A stretch of DNA of 64,000 bases from NCBI GenBank assembly GCA_964487845.1, contig CAZASK010000009.1:5-64004 (forward strand), in the 5' to 3' direction. The number at the start of each line of letters is the position of its first letter. Within the stretch, counting starts at the first letter, position 1. The notes beneath the pieces are model-generated. The model was not told the origin of the DNA. It searched no databases and worked only from the letters and a program-made list of their open reading frames with translations. The position numbers and the translations under genes were made by a program. This stretch comes from an uncultured bacterium (GTDB lineage: Bacteria > Chlamydiota > Chlamydiia > Chlamydiales > FEN-1388). Shown here one piece after another: positions 36,589 to 44,929 of the stretch.

Positions 36589-37500
36589 ATGCAAGTTATA
36601 AGTCGTTTTGCTGTATTTGACCGAAGTGAATTCTTTCTCGCTAAAATTTCATCTGAGAAGCAATTTTATAACGAGTTTCATTTCAGAAGGCGCTACATAA
36701 GTGTATTGCAACAAGTTGCTAGCGAATGGTCCAAAACAAAACTATCCGAAGAAAAATGCTTTAAGATCAAATTTTCAGAGCCAAACTTCAATTTAAAGAA
36801 AATGAATGAGTCGTATTCTTCAGAGATAGTCGGTTATTTCACTGAACAAGGTCTTGAAGATAAACAAGTCTATGCAATAAACGGTTTAATTTATAACGCT
36901 GATCTTAGTTTCTACAATTCCAGTAAGCAATTAGATTTTGAAACAGGTGATGGTGAGATGATTGTAATGGACCGCTTAGGAAACATGTTTATCGCTCCTA
37001 AGGAACGAGGTATATTTCATCACTCATCGTTTTTTAGTGGAAAGCCTGTAGCTTTTGCTGCCTTATGTTTCATAAAGGATGGCAAAATCCAAGAACTGCT
37101 TAGATACAGTGGGCATTATTCGCCAAGTGAACAAGAAGAATGTGCCTTCACAAAACAATTGCAAACCAACTATCTTGTTGAAGAACGGGCTTATAGTGAT
37201 CTAAAAATTGATAGTACAGGTTGTTTAATACAAAGAATTTCCATCCTGTCCAAAGAAAAAGTTGAAGACTTATATAATGCTATTGCTGAATTAGGGGGAT
37301 TTTGCAGATCACGCTTGCACCTTATCAGTGGTGATAAGGTTGTTCCCTCTGCAAAGTTAGTAGATAAACAATTTGTTGATATGACAATAGCAGAATCTAA
37401 CTTAAAAAATCACTGTATAATTGATGCAGATGAATTCACCTACACTCCTTATCATAGGATATACCCTATTAGCAAATTTGAGTTGATCATTAACGATTAG
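36589..37500 (+). CDS. hypothetical protein (303 aa)
   Basis: Long ORF. Contains the conserved-looking block MDRLGNMFIAPKERGIFHHSSFFSGKPVAFAALCFIKDGKIQELLRYSGHYSP. I cannot assign a family. Confidence 0.5.
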   Translation: MQVISRFAVFDRSEFFLAKISSEKQFYNEFHFRRRYISVLQQVASEWSKTKLSEEKCFKIKFSEPNFNLKKMNESYSSEIVGYFTEQGLEDKQVYAINGLIYNADLSFYNSSKQLDFETGDGEMIVMDRLGNMFIAPKERGIFHHSSFFSGKPVAFAALCFIKDGKIQELLRYSGHYSPSEQEECAFTKQLQTNYLVEERAYSDLKIDSTGCLIQRISILSKEKVEDLYNAIAELGGFCRSRLHLISGDKVVPSAKLVDKQFVDMTIAESNLKNHCIIDADEFTYTPYHRIYPISKFELIIND

Positions 37501-37545
37501 TACATGAGAGAGCAGTAATTTTATATAAATATTGCTGACCCTCTA

Positions 37546-37593
37546 TTTTAACGCGGGTCTCCTATTAACCAAATAAATATTTGAGAAATTTTT
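37546..37593. repeat. 48-nt repeat, an inverted copy of 1..48
   Basis: 47/48 identical to the reverse complement of 1..48. Lies 46 nt after the stop of the 36589..37500 gene. Confidence 0.8.
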
Positions 37594-37869
37594 AGATAGA
37601 AAAACAACCTACGTTGAGAGTAAAAAGTTTGTGACTAACGAACAACTATAATCTCAATCAAAAACGGCATGAAGAGGACTCTTGCAATGGCAGCTAGATT
37701 GATTGGTCAGCCGATTACATGTTAATGCTGGACACATTGAAGGGCGCGCAGCGTGACGTTCACTTTCTTCCCGTCTACCGAATTTCATGGTATGAAAGGT
37801 GTAATTCTTGATATACACCTCCTTTTAATAGCGGCCAAAGGTCATTAAAAAAAACAGACAAGCTTGTTT

Positions 37870-38595
37870 ATGCTACAGTGGATATGTATTTTTTTATTTT
37901 ATGTCACAGCTTCTCTCTGTGCTCAAGATGCATGGGTGTCTTTCAAAAATGAGACTGTTTTAGAAATGAAGGCTATACCCGGGTGGTGTTCCTCAGAAAA
38001 GGCTCTCTTCATCATGGATATTATAAAAGAGAATAAATGCCAGTATTGCATTGAAGTTGGGGTTTTTTCAGGTATGTCCTTACTTCCTATAGCTAAAGCT
38101 CTACAATATAACGGATCAGGTACAGTTTTTGCTATTGATGCCTGGGATCCCTTTGAAGCGATAAAAGGTTTTAGTTCTTCTGACCCTAATTATATATGGT
38201 GGAGCCAGCTGGACTTTAACCATTTTTATGGACAAACTGTAGATTTAATTAATAAAAATAAACTAAATAATTTTTGTGACATCATAAAAAAGCCTTCACA
38301 TAATGCGGCATGTCTATTTATTGATGAAACCATAGATTTTATCCATTTGGATGGAAATCACAACGAAGAGTGTGCGTTTCAAGATGTAATTGACTACTTC
38401 CCCAAAGTGAAAGATGGCGGATATATTTTACTTAATGATCCAAACTGGTTAAGCATGAAGCGCTCTCTGGTTTTTCTTTTGGAGAGAGCTGAGCTGGTTT
38501 CTCTTTTTTCACCCTCCGCAACATATTTTCTTTTTCGTAAAAACAACCAGCGAGAAAAAAGTGCAAATATTTTATTTAAAAAATTAACTTCTTAA
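37870..38595 (+). CDS. class I SAM-dependent methyltransferase (Methyltransf_24-like) with an N-terminal signal/anchor
   Basis: MLQWICIFLFYVTASLCAQDAW N-terminus. CIEVGVFSGMS (motif I-like), AIDAW, IHLDGNH. Confidence 0.6.
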   Translation: MLQWICIFLFYVTASLCAQDAWVSFKNETVLEMKAIPGWCSSEKALFIMDIIKENKCQYCIEVGVFSGMSLLPIAKALQYNGSGTVFAIDAWDPFEAIKGFSSSDPNYIWWSQLDFNHFYGQTVDLINKNKLNNFCDIIKKPSHNAACLFIDETIDFIHLDGNHNEECAFQDVIDYFPKVKDGGYILLNDPNWLSMKRSLVFLLERAELVSLFSPSATYFLFRKNNQREKSANILFKKLTS

Positions 38596-38608
38596 CTGAG
38601 TGTCTTTT

Positions 38609-39454
38609 ATGAATATAAAATATTTTAGGTATTGCACTTTTCCATTTTTCATCACGCTCTTTACATGCGTAGCACAGCTGTGTCATTCAGAAGATTCGAT
38701 GTTTTGGTGGCAATCTAGTGAAGGGATTAATTTTGGAGATGATTTATCAAGAGTCATTGTAGAGAAAATTCTCGGTCATTCTGTTAAGTATAGATCTTTA
38801 GAATCAGATGGAAAACTGTTATTAGCGGCAGGATCAATCTTGCATTATGCTAGAGATGGTGATGTTATTTGGGGATCAGGTTTTCGAGAAAACCCCTTAT
38901 CAGAAAATAGATTCTCTCATCTTCATGTAAGAGCTGTGAGAGGGCCAAAAACAAGGGAATTTCTTCTTAAGATGGGCATCAATTGTCCTGAAATATATGG
39001 AGACCCGGCAGTATTAATGAGCTATTTATTTCCAGAGTTCAAACAAGAAGCGCCAATTTATGATTACATCATCATACCGAATATTGGAGAAATACAGTGC
39101 TTTCTAGGTTACAAAAATATCGTTTTACCCACGCGTCCATGGCAGGAAATTGTAAAAAAAATGATGCAAAGTAGACTAGTGATTTCTAGTTCTTTACATG
39201 GGATAATCGTCGCCGAATCTTTTGGAATACCTGCTCGCCTGCTTAAAATGACATGGATTGAGCCCTTGTTAAAATATCAGGATTACTATGAATCGAGTGG
39301 TAGGCCAAACTTCCGATACGCAACCTCAGTTCAGGAAGCTTTGCAAATGGGGGGTGAAGACCCAAGTAGCCTAGACATACATCCTCTCATAGAATCTTTC
39401 CCATGGGATTATTTTGAGAGCAATCATGATATTGATAAGCCAATACAGGAGTGA
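38609..39454 (+). CDS. polysaccharide pyruvyl transferase-family protein with a hydrophobic N-terminus
   Basis: NFGDDLS..I, GSIL, RGP.T, and SSSLHGIIVAESFGIPA match the PS_pyruv_trans pattern. N-terminus is MNIKYFRYCTFPFFITLFTCVAQLC. Confidence 0.65.
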   Translation: MNIKYFRYCTFPFFITLFTCVAQLCHSEDSMFWWQSSEGINFGDDLSRVIVEKILGHSVKYRSLESDGKLLLAAGSILHYARDGDVIWGSGFRENPLSENRFSHLHVRAVRGPKTREFLLKMGINCPEIYGDPAVLMSYLFPEFKQEAPIYDYIIIPNIGEIQCFLGYKNIVLPTRPWQEIVKKMMQSRLVISSSLHGIIVAESFGIPARLLKMTWIEPLLKYQDYYESSGRPNFRYATSVQEALQMGGEDPSSLDIHPLIESFPWDYFESNHDIDKPIQE

Positions 39455-39602
39455 TTGCTGCTTGAATGTACTAACTTTTAGAAGAATAAGCCTTGGCGAT
39501 ATAACCATTCCCGTGAAAGTTGGTTTACACTGTTTTTACACTTGGAATTACCAACGGAATCCTATATAAATATTTAAGTTTTATTATTGTGAAGAGGTCT
39601 CA

Positions 39603-40172
39603 ATGAAAATAGCTATCATCGGCACGCATGGAGCTGGGAAGACAACGCTTTCGTATCTCATGGCGGCTGCGTATAAAAAAATAGGGACGAATGTAAAAAT
39701 TGTGCAAGAGGTAGCAAGAAGTTGTCCGTATCCTTTGAATGAGGGGATGAGTCGAGAGGCATGTCTGTGGATTTATCATGAGCATGTAAAAAAAGAATTA
39801 GATGCGATACAAAAGCATGATATCGTTATCTGTGATCGTTCTGCTTTAGATTCTTTCATGTATGCGAAAGCTCAAAATTGTTATGATTATACAGATCGAG
39901 GAATCAATCTTTGCTTTGAAAGCGCTTCTCATTGGATGAAGACATACGATCAAATTATCTATGTAAAACCAGGCAAGATTAAGCCCATGGAAGATGGAGT
40001 GCGCTCCGTAGATTTAGAATTCCAAAGACGAGTTGCAGAGCAATTCAATGAGTGGTTTTTGAACAATAGCACTGTGATCAAGTCTGCAGAGCTAGACGCA
40101 GACGCAATATTTGATCAAGAGAACCTTATGGAAAGATTACTTGAAAAAGCACGCTGCTGCATCGCATCGTAG
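39603..40172 (+). CDS. AAA_28 P-loop kinase (NadR ribosylnicotinamide-kinase-domain-like)
   Basis: MKIAIIGTHGAGKTTL P-loop, VQEVAR, ICDRSALDSFMY. Confidence 0.55.
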   Translation: MKIAIIGTHGAGKTTLSYLMAAAYKKIGTNVKIVQEVARSCPYPLNEGMSREACLWIYHEHVKKELDAIQKHDIVICDRSALDSFMYAKAQNCYDYTDRGINLCFESASHWMKTYDQIIYVKPGKIKPMEDGVRSVDLEFQRRVAEQFNEWFLNNSTVIKSAELDADAIFDQENLMERLLEKARCCIAS

Positions 40173-40230
40173 TCTCACTATAGATTCGATATGTAGCCCG
40201 TGTGTATAATTTCTGAACAAGGAGATAAAA

Positions 40231-40458
40231 ATGTTTATTTGGGTGATTACAGCAATTGCTCTTTTTGGAACCTGGTTAAATGCAAAGCAGAATGCATATG
40301 GCTTTTTGTTTTGGATGGTGTCTAATGCCGCATTTTGTATATGGAATTACCAAATAGAGCAATATGCTCAGTCTGTATTGTTTTTTGTCTATTTATGGCT
40401 GGCTATATTTGGGTATGTAAGCTGGCGCAAAAAAGAACGAAAAGTAGAAGCTGCATAG
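40231..40458 (+). CDS. 3-TM mini PnuC-like membrane protein (75 aa)
   Basis: Strong RBS AAGGAGA. Three TM segments. The pattern LNAKQN..GFLFWMVSNAAFCIWNY......SVLFFVYLWLAIFGYVSW resembles the C-terminal triple-helix bundle of PnuC nicotinamide riboside transporters. Confidence 0.5.
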   Translation: MFIWVITAIALFGTWLNAKQNAYGFLFWMVSNAAFCIWNYQIEQYAQSVLFFVYLWLAIFGYVSWRKKERKVEAA

Positions 40459-40483
40459 CGCTCGTAAGAGAGCGCCCTAAAAA

Positions 40484-40849
40484 TTAAGAAAAAATATCTT
40501 CTTTCTTTTTGCTAGCTAGCTCGCCGTCGTAAAAAAGATCAAATCGCGCGATCAAATTGTCTTTGAAAGTAAGGAGTGAGGCTCCTGGAAAGTTTTTACT
40601 CACGCCAGGCATGTCTACTTCGTAGACAATGATGGCTTGGTTTTTATTTCCAAATTTTGCTCGTATTGTCAGTGATTCAATTGCATGTATAAAATTGCTC
40701 ACCGTTTCGTAAACTGCTTCTTTCCCTTTTACTGTAGCGAGTGGGCTGTAGAGCTCAACATCTGGATCAAGGTAGTGTGCAATTTCAGCGACCTTTTTTT
40801 CGCCTATAAGAGTGTAGTACTCTTCTGCTTGTGTTGTAAGGTTACTCAT
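40484..40849 (-). CDS. SnoaL/NTF2-like small protein
   Basis: 121 aa. Alpha+beta cone-like pattern (YLDPDVELYSPL...G.EAV). Divergent from the TetR gene. By-eye call. Confidence 0.45.
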   Translation of the reverse strand: MSNLTTQAEEYYTLIGEKKVAEIAHYLDPDVELYSPLATVKGKEAVYETVSNFIHAIESLTIRAKFGNKNQAIIVYEVDMPGVSKNFPGASLLTFKDNLIARFDLFYDGELASKKKEDIFS

Positions 40850-40951
40850 ACAATCTCCTTATTTTTTGACGCCTCCATTACATCGACGAGTAATTGAGGT
40901 GTATATATTCGTTGCTTGATATAACATAGAGAACAACTCAGTGTTGAATTA

Positions 40952-40969
40952 AATATAGCAAACTATATT
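40952..40969. promoter_or_regulatory. palindrome AATATAG-CAAA-CTATATT; candidate TetR operator
   Basis: 7-bp perfect inverted repeat in the divergent SnoaL/TetR intergenic region, 24 nt upstream of the tetR ATG. Confidence 0.35.
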
Positions 40970-40992
40970 AAATATGTCAAGGTGTATTGGAT

Positions 40993-41622
40993 ATGTCGCA
41001 GGAGAAGCGTGCTTATCACTCAAAATCAAGAGGTATACAAGCTGCTCGTACAAGGAGTCGTATCTTATGTGCGGCAAAAACTCTTTTTCAATCTGAAGGA
41101 TTTGACCGAGTTACTATCGGTAGGATTGCGAAAGAGGCTGAAGTAGCAACGCCAACTCTTTATGCTCTTTTCAAGTCGAAACGAGGGGTGCTGCAGGCGC
41201 TTATGGATGAAGCTTTACCAGTGACTCAATTCGAGGCTCTTGTAGAAGCAGGGCGCCAAGAAAAATGTCCGAAAAGGCGTTTGAAGATAACGGCACAGCT
41301 GGCGAGGCAGCTTTATGACAACGAAAGAGAGTTAATGGACATTCTTCGTGGCGCCTCAGTAGTTGCGCCAGAATTCAAAGAGCTGGAACAGGAAAGGGAG
41401 AGTCGGCGATATGCAAGACAAGAAGAGAGTGTTCGTGCTCTGATGGAAGAAAACGTCTTGGCAAAAGGATTAACTCTTGCCAAGGCGCGTGATCTATTTT
41501 GGGCCTTTACTGGACGCGATCTCTATCGTATGCTCACAATCGAGCGTGGATGGACCTCTGATGAGTATGAAAGATGGCTTTCACAGCTGCTTATCTCATC
41601 ATTACTCAATAACGAGGTCTAA
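40993..41622 (+). CDS. TetR/AcrR-family transcriptional regulator
   Basis: HTH region RILCAAKTLFQSEGFDRVTIGRIAKEAEVATPTLYALFKSKRGVL. Confidence 0.85.
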   Translation: MSQEKRAYHSKSRGIQAARTRSRILCAAKTLFQSEGFDRVTIGRIAKEAEVATPTLYALFKSKRGVLQALMDEALPVTQFEALVEAGRQEKCPKRRLKITAQLARQLYDNERELMDILRGASVVAPEFKELEQERESRRYARQEESVRALMEENVLAKGLTLAKARDLFWAFTGRDLYRMLTIERGWTSDEYERWLSQLLISSLLNNEV

Positions 41623-41664
41623 TATCTATCAGAATCTTGGATAGAGATAAATGCAACATGAGCT

Positions 41665-43047
41665 TTAGCGGTTGCTCATGTATGGTAGTTTGTGAGGCTC
41701 TGAAAAGCTGGGGGTTGTATTTTTTGGATCAGTTAGGTCCCATAGCTGGATGTAGCCATTTGTTTCTCCGCTACGAGCAGAACCTGCAGTGACAAGAAGA
41801 TTGTTATCGGGTAAAAGACCGAGATTTGTATGGCGATGATTCGTGCCATTGAAGGAGCAAATATTCTGGAATCGAGGTTTCTGCTCGTATTCTGTATTAA
41901 GATGATAGAAGCTGATATTTCCATTGGCTAGATTTACTGTTTGTGTACGATTTTGTGTGCTGTTTGTGCGTGGTCTGAGTGTTGTAGCTAGGGTGTTATT
42001 TTCTGTAAATAAAAGTCGTGTAATCGCATGAGCAATCTTGAGTTGATGAATTGGTTCTTCTGACTGAATGTTGAGTGAGTGAAGGGTGCCGTCCTTTAGG
42101 CCTCCACCAGCTACAAGCTCAGTGCTGGAATAAGGATTCCAAGAAACTTGCATAGCAGCATAATTGATTGGATCGGCTAAGATAGTAATAATTTCCGCAT
42201 CTTCAATATTTTTTCTTATGTCATAAATTTTGACTGTTCCATTGTTCATGCCGGTGGCAAATAGAGACGGATTTTTTTGAGATACGGAGACGCTAGCTAA
42301 TTTGTCTGCCACATCAAATATTTTGCTTTCAACCATCTCATTTATTCGAAAGTCGCATAAAAGAAGACTTGTTTGTGACCGTTCACTTGGTAAGGCGCCG
42401 ATTAAAAATGTATTATTATCGATAGAAGTAAGTTGATTGGGTGTATGATCCGGTATCTCCAATAGATGTATCCTCTTCTGGCAATTCACATCGTATGACC
42501 AAACAGAAAAAGAGTTGGTAATCCGATTCATTACAGAGGTGAAAACTGTATGTGCATTACCCCACTGTATGTCATGAGGTAGGAATGTTTTATAAGTATT
42601 CTTTTCTTCATCTTCACATATGCCTGGAAATGGAATGGTGTGCTTAACTTTGTAATTTTTCGAAAATCCAAGGGTATCTTGTGGCACCGTTAGAATGTGC
42701 ACACCGTTATCTATTGTGCTGTGGTCATTGACAGTGTAAGCAATAGCGTTTCCGCGGCAGGTGATATTTTTTGTATAGTAATCATCCGTTATCCCTTCAT
42801 AGGGGATTACGTGTTTTGCTATTGGATTGATTGTATTTCGTTTGTTTTTGAGTTGTTCGTTGAGGTTTTTTTGTAGTAATTTATTGGATATAATTTTACT
42901 TGCAATAGTGTCAATTGGCAGGTCGAGAGCTTTGAATAACGATGGTTGTTCTACACACTGAGGATTTGTTGTTGCATAATATAGGGATGAGAGATTTAGT
43001 GGGTGCCCTCTATGTGAATCTACTCGTGTCATTACTGGGTTGTTCAT
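41665..43047 (-). CDS. WD40-like beta-propeller protein (eukaryote-like)
   Basis: Repeated blade endings: GTVKIYDI, GYIQLWDL, SVWSYDV, GNISFYHL, GTLHSLNI. Confidence 0.55.
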   Translation of the reverse strand: MNNPVMTRVDSHRGHPLNLSSLYYATTNPQCVEQPSLFKALDLPIDTIASKIISNKLLQKNLNEQLKNKRNTINPIAKHVIPYEGITDDYYTKNITCRGNAIAYTVNDHSTIDNGVHILTVPQDTLGFSKNYKVKHTIPFPGICEDEEKNTYKTFLPHDIQWGNAHTVFTSVMNRITNSFSVWSYDVNCQKRIHLLEIPDHTPNQLTSIDNNTFLIGALPSERSQTSLLLCDFRINEMVESKIFDVADKLASVSVSQKNPSLFATGMNNGTVKIYDIRKNIEDAEIITILADPINYAAMQVSWNPYSSTELVAGGGLKDGTLHSLNIQSEEPIHQLKIAHAITRLLFTENNTLATTLRPRTNSTQNRTQTVNLANGNISFYHLNTEYEQKPRFQNICSFNGTNHRHTNLGLLPDNNLLVTAGSARSGETNGYIQLWDLTDPKNTTPSFSEPHKLPYMSNR

Positions 43048-43281
43048 TTTTATTTTATCCTTATAAAAGCAAGTACTGTTTTCGTGATATTGTAGATGTT
43101 TTATTTTATTTATTCAATTTAATTGTTGAATTACTTTCGGTTGTATTTTGCTTTCTATAAGACGATATCGTTTTGAGTTGAGCAAGCTACATAAAACCCA
43201 AAAAAGTGTTTTCTTGACATTTTTTTTAAAAAAAATATTATTACATTCACTGCTCTACAATTTTTAAAGGAGATGAAGGGT

Positions 43282-44787
43282 ATGAATAAAATAGTTGCAA
43301 CGTTTCTGGCTACAGCTGCAATGACACAGTCATTATGCGGAATAGATGGCGATCCTATGCTTGTCGAAAAATGCACTGAATATAATTATCTAGCGAATCA
43401 AAAAGTTATTTCAAAAGAAGTGGTTGTCTCTGTGCATACAGCTCCTGAATTGACTACTGCTATTCAAAATGCTGCAGTAAATCTTGATTCATCTACTACG
43501 ATTAATGTTCATGGAGAAATTATTGGTCATTTTTGTGTGCCCGCTACTGTACATACGATTCGGCTTATTGGAGCTACCTCAGATGCCACTCTCAACGCAA
43601 ACGGTTGTGGCATTCCTTTGACTGTAAAACTTGGAGGAAAAGTTGAAGTTGAAAAATTAACTATTACAGGCGCGGATGATTGTTCAGATTATGGTGTAGT
43701 GAACTTCGGTTCATTAAAAATTGTCAAATCATCGGTAGTGAATAATGGAGAAGGTGGGGGGGTTTTAAACCACGGCAATTTATTTGTTCATAAGTCATCT
43801 ATTAGTAACAACTGTGGAGTTGGTCTCTATACGCAAGTGGGGGGAATCACCAAAATTACAGATTCTGCTATCGACAACAACTCTTCAAAAGGCCTGTATA
43901 CATATGCAGGATCTGTGGATATAGCTCACTCGACGGTCAATAGAAATGGATGTATAGGGCTCTATAATTACTACGGAGCTAAATTGACGGTTGATGATGT
44001 AAAGATTATAGAGAATAGGGGGTATGGTATTAGCAATGATTATGCGTCTATTGTTACAGTATTGGAATCTGATATTACAGGCAACTTAGGGGGCGGGATT
44101 TATAATGAAGGAACGTTGTGTAATATTGCAAAATCGCTGCTTTCAAGTAATACGGGACCCGGGTTCGATAACTATGAATATTCTGTAGCATATATAGATG
44201 ATTGTTTTTTCCAATATAACACCACTGGTGGTATCCGAAATAGAGATACGTCATCTTTATTTATCGTTGAATCGCGATTTGACGGTAATGTTTCGACAGG
44301 TCAAGGAGGTGCTATCTATAACGATGGCTCAAGTTCAGTAAATATAAATACAAGTGTATTTGAGAATAATAGAGCAGAAAGCGGTGGAGCGATTTATAAT
44401 GCGAATCTTCTTGCTGTCGATGATACAAAATTTGAAAATAATTTTGGTACATGCCGAGGAGGTGCAATTTCCAATTCTTGCGAAGGAAGTTGTGTAATCA
44501 AAGAGTCTAAGTTTGTCTCAAATTCAACAAATGGAGATGGTGGCGGCTTAGAGAATGCTGGTACTGCAACTGTGCAAGATTCGCACTTTAAAGAAAACAC
44601 TGCTCAAAGAGGTGGTGGACTTGCTAATGTGAGTTCAGGTGTGTTGTTAGTTACTCAGTCAAAAGTGACAAACAATACAGCAACAAATGGTGTTGGGGCA
44701 GGTGGTGGAATCTTTAGTAACGGGTCGTCATTGACTGTTCTAGATTCAAATGTTGTCAATAACATTTCTGATGATATTGTAGAGTAA
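43282..44787 (+). CDS. Pmp-like (polymorphic membrane protein repeat) beta-helix protein without an autotransporter barrel
   Basis: Signal peptide MNKIVATFLATAAMTQSLCG. At least 8 GGA[ILV]/GGG[ILV] motifs (GGAIYN x2, GGAISN, GGGIYN, GGGLEN...) alternate with FxxN (FENN x2, FVSN, FKEN). The protein ends after the repeats at 501 aa. Confidence 0.75.
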   Translation: MNKIVATFLATAAMTQSLCGIDGDPMLVEKCTEYNYLANQKVISKEVVVSVHTAPELTTAIQNAAVNLDSSTTINVHGEIIGHFCVPATVHTIRLIGATSDATLNANGCGIPLTVKLGGKVEVEKLTITGADDCSDYGVVNFGSLKIVKSSVVNNGEGGGVLNHGNLFVHKSSISNNCGVGLYTQVGGITKITDSAIDNNSSKGLYTYAGSVDIAHSTVNRNGCIGLYNYYGAKLTVDDVKIIENRGYGISNDYASIVTVLESDITGNLGGGIYNEGTLCNIAKSLLSSNTGPGFDNYEYSVAYIDDCFFQYNTTGGIRNRDTSSLFIVESRFDGNVSTGQGGAIYNDGSSSVNINTSVFENNRAESGGAIYNANLLAVDDTKFENNFGTCRGGAISNSCEGSCVIKESKFVSNSTNGDGGGLENAGTATVQDSHFKENTAQRGGGLANVSSGVLLVTQSKVTNNTATNGVGAGGGIFSNGSSLTVLDSNVVNNISDDIVE

Positions 44788-44803
44788 GCGTTATTTCTAT
44801 ATG

Positions 44804-44833
44804 GTGCCCATAATATATTTGTGGGCACTTTTT
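44804..44833 (+). terminator. rho-independent terminator
   Basis: GTGCCCA-N11-TGGGCAC followed by T5. Confidence 0.6.
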
Positions 44834-44929
44834 ATCGACGAATCCAACAGTTGTTTCTATAAAATTCGTGCAATTTTTTTGTTGTAATTGATAGTTTCAT
44901 GATTTTTTCATGCATGTCTGGATTTGATT

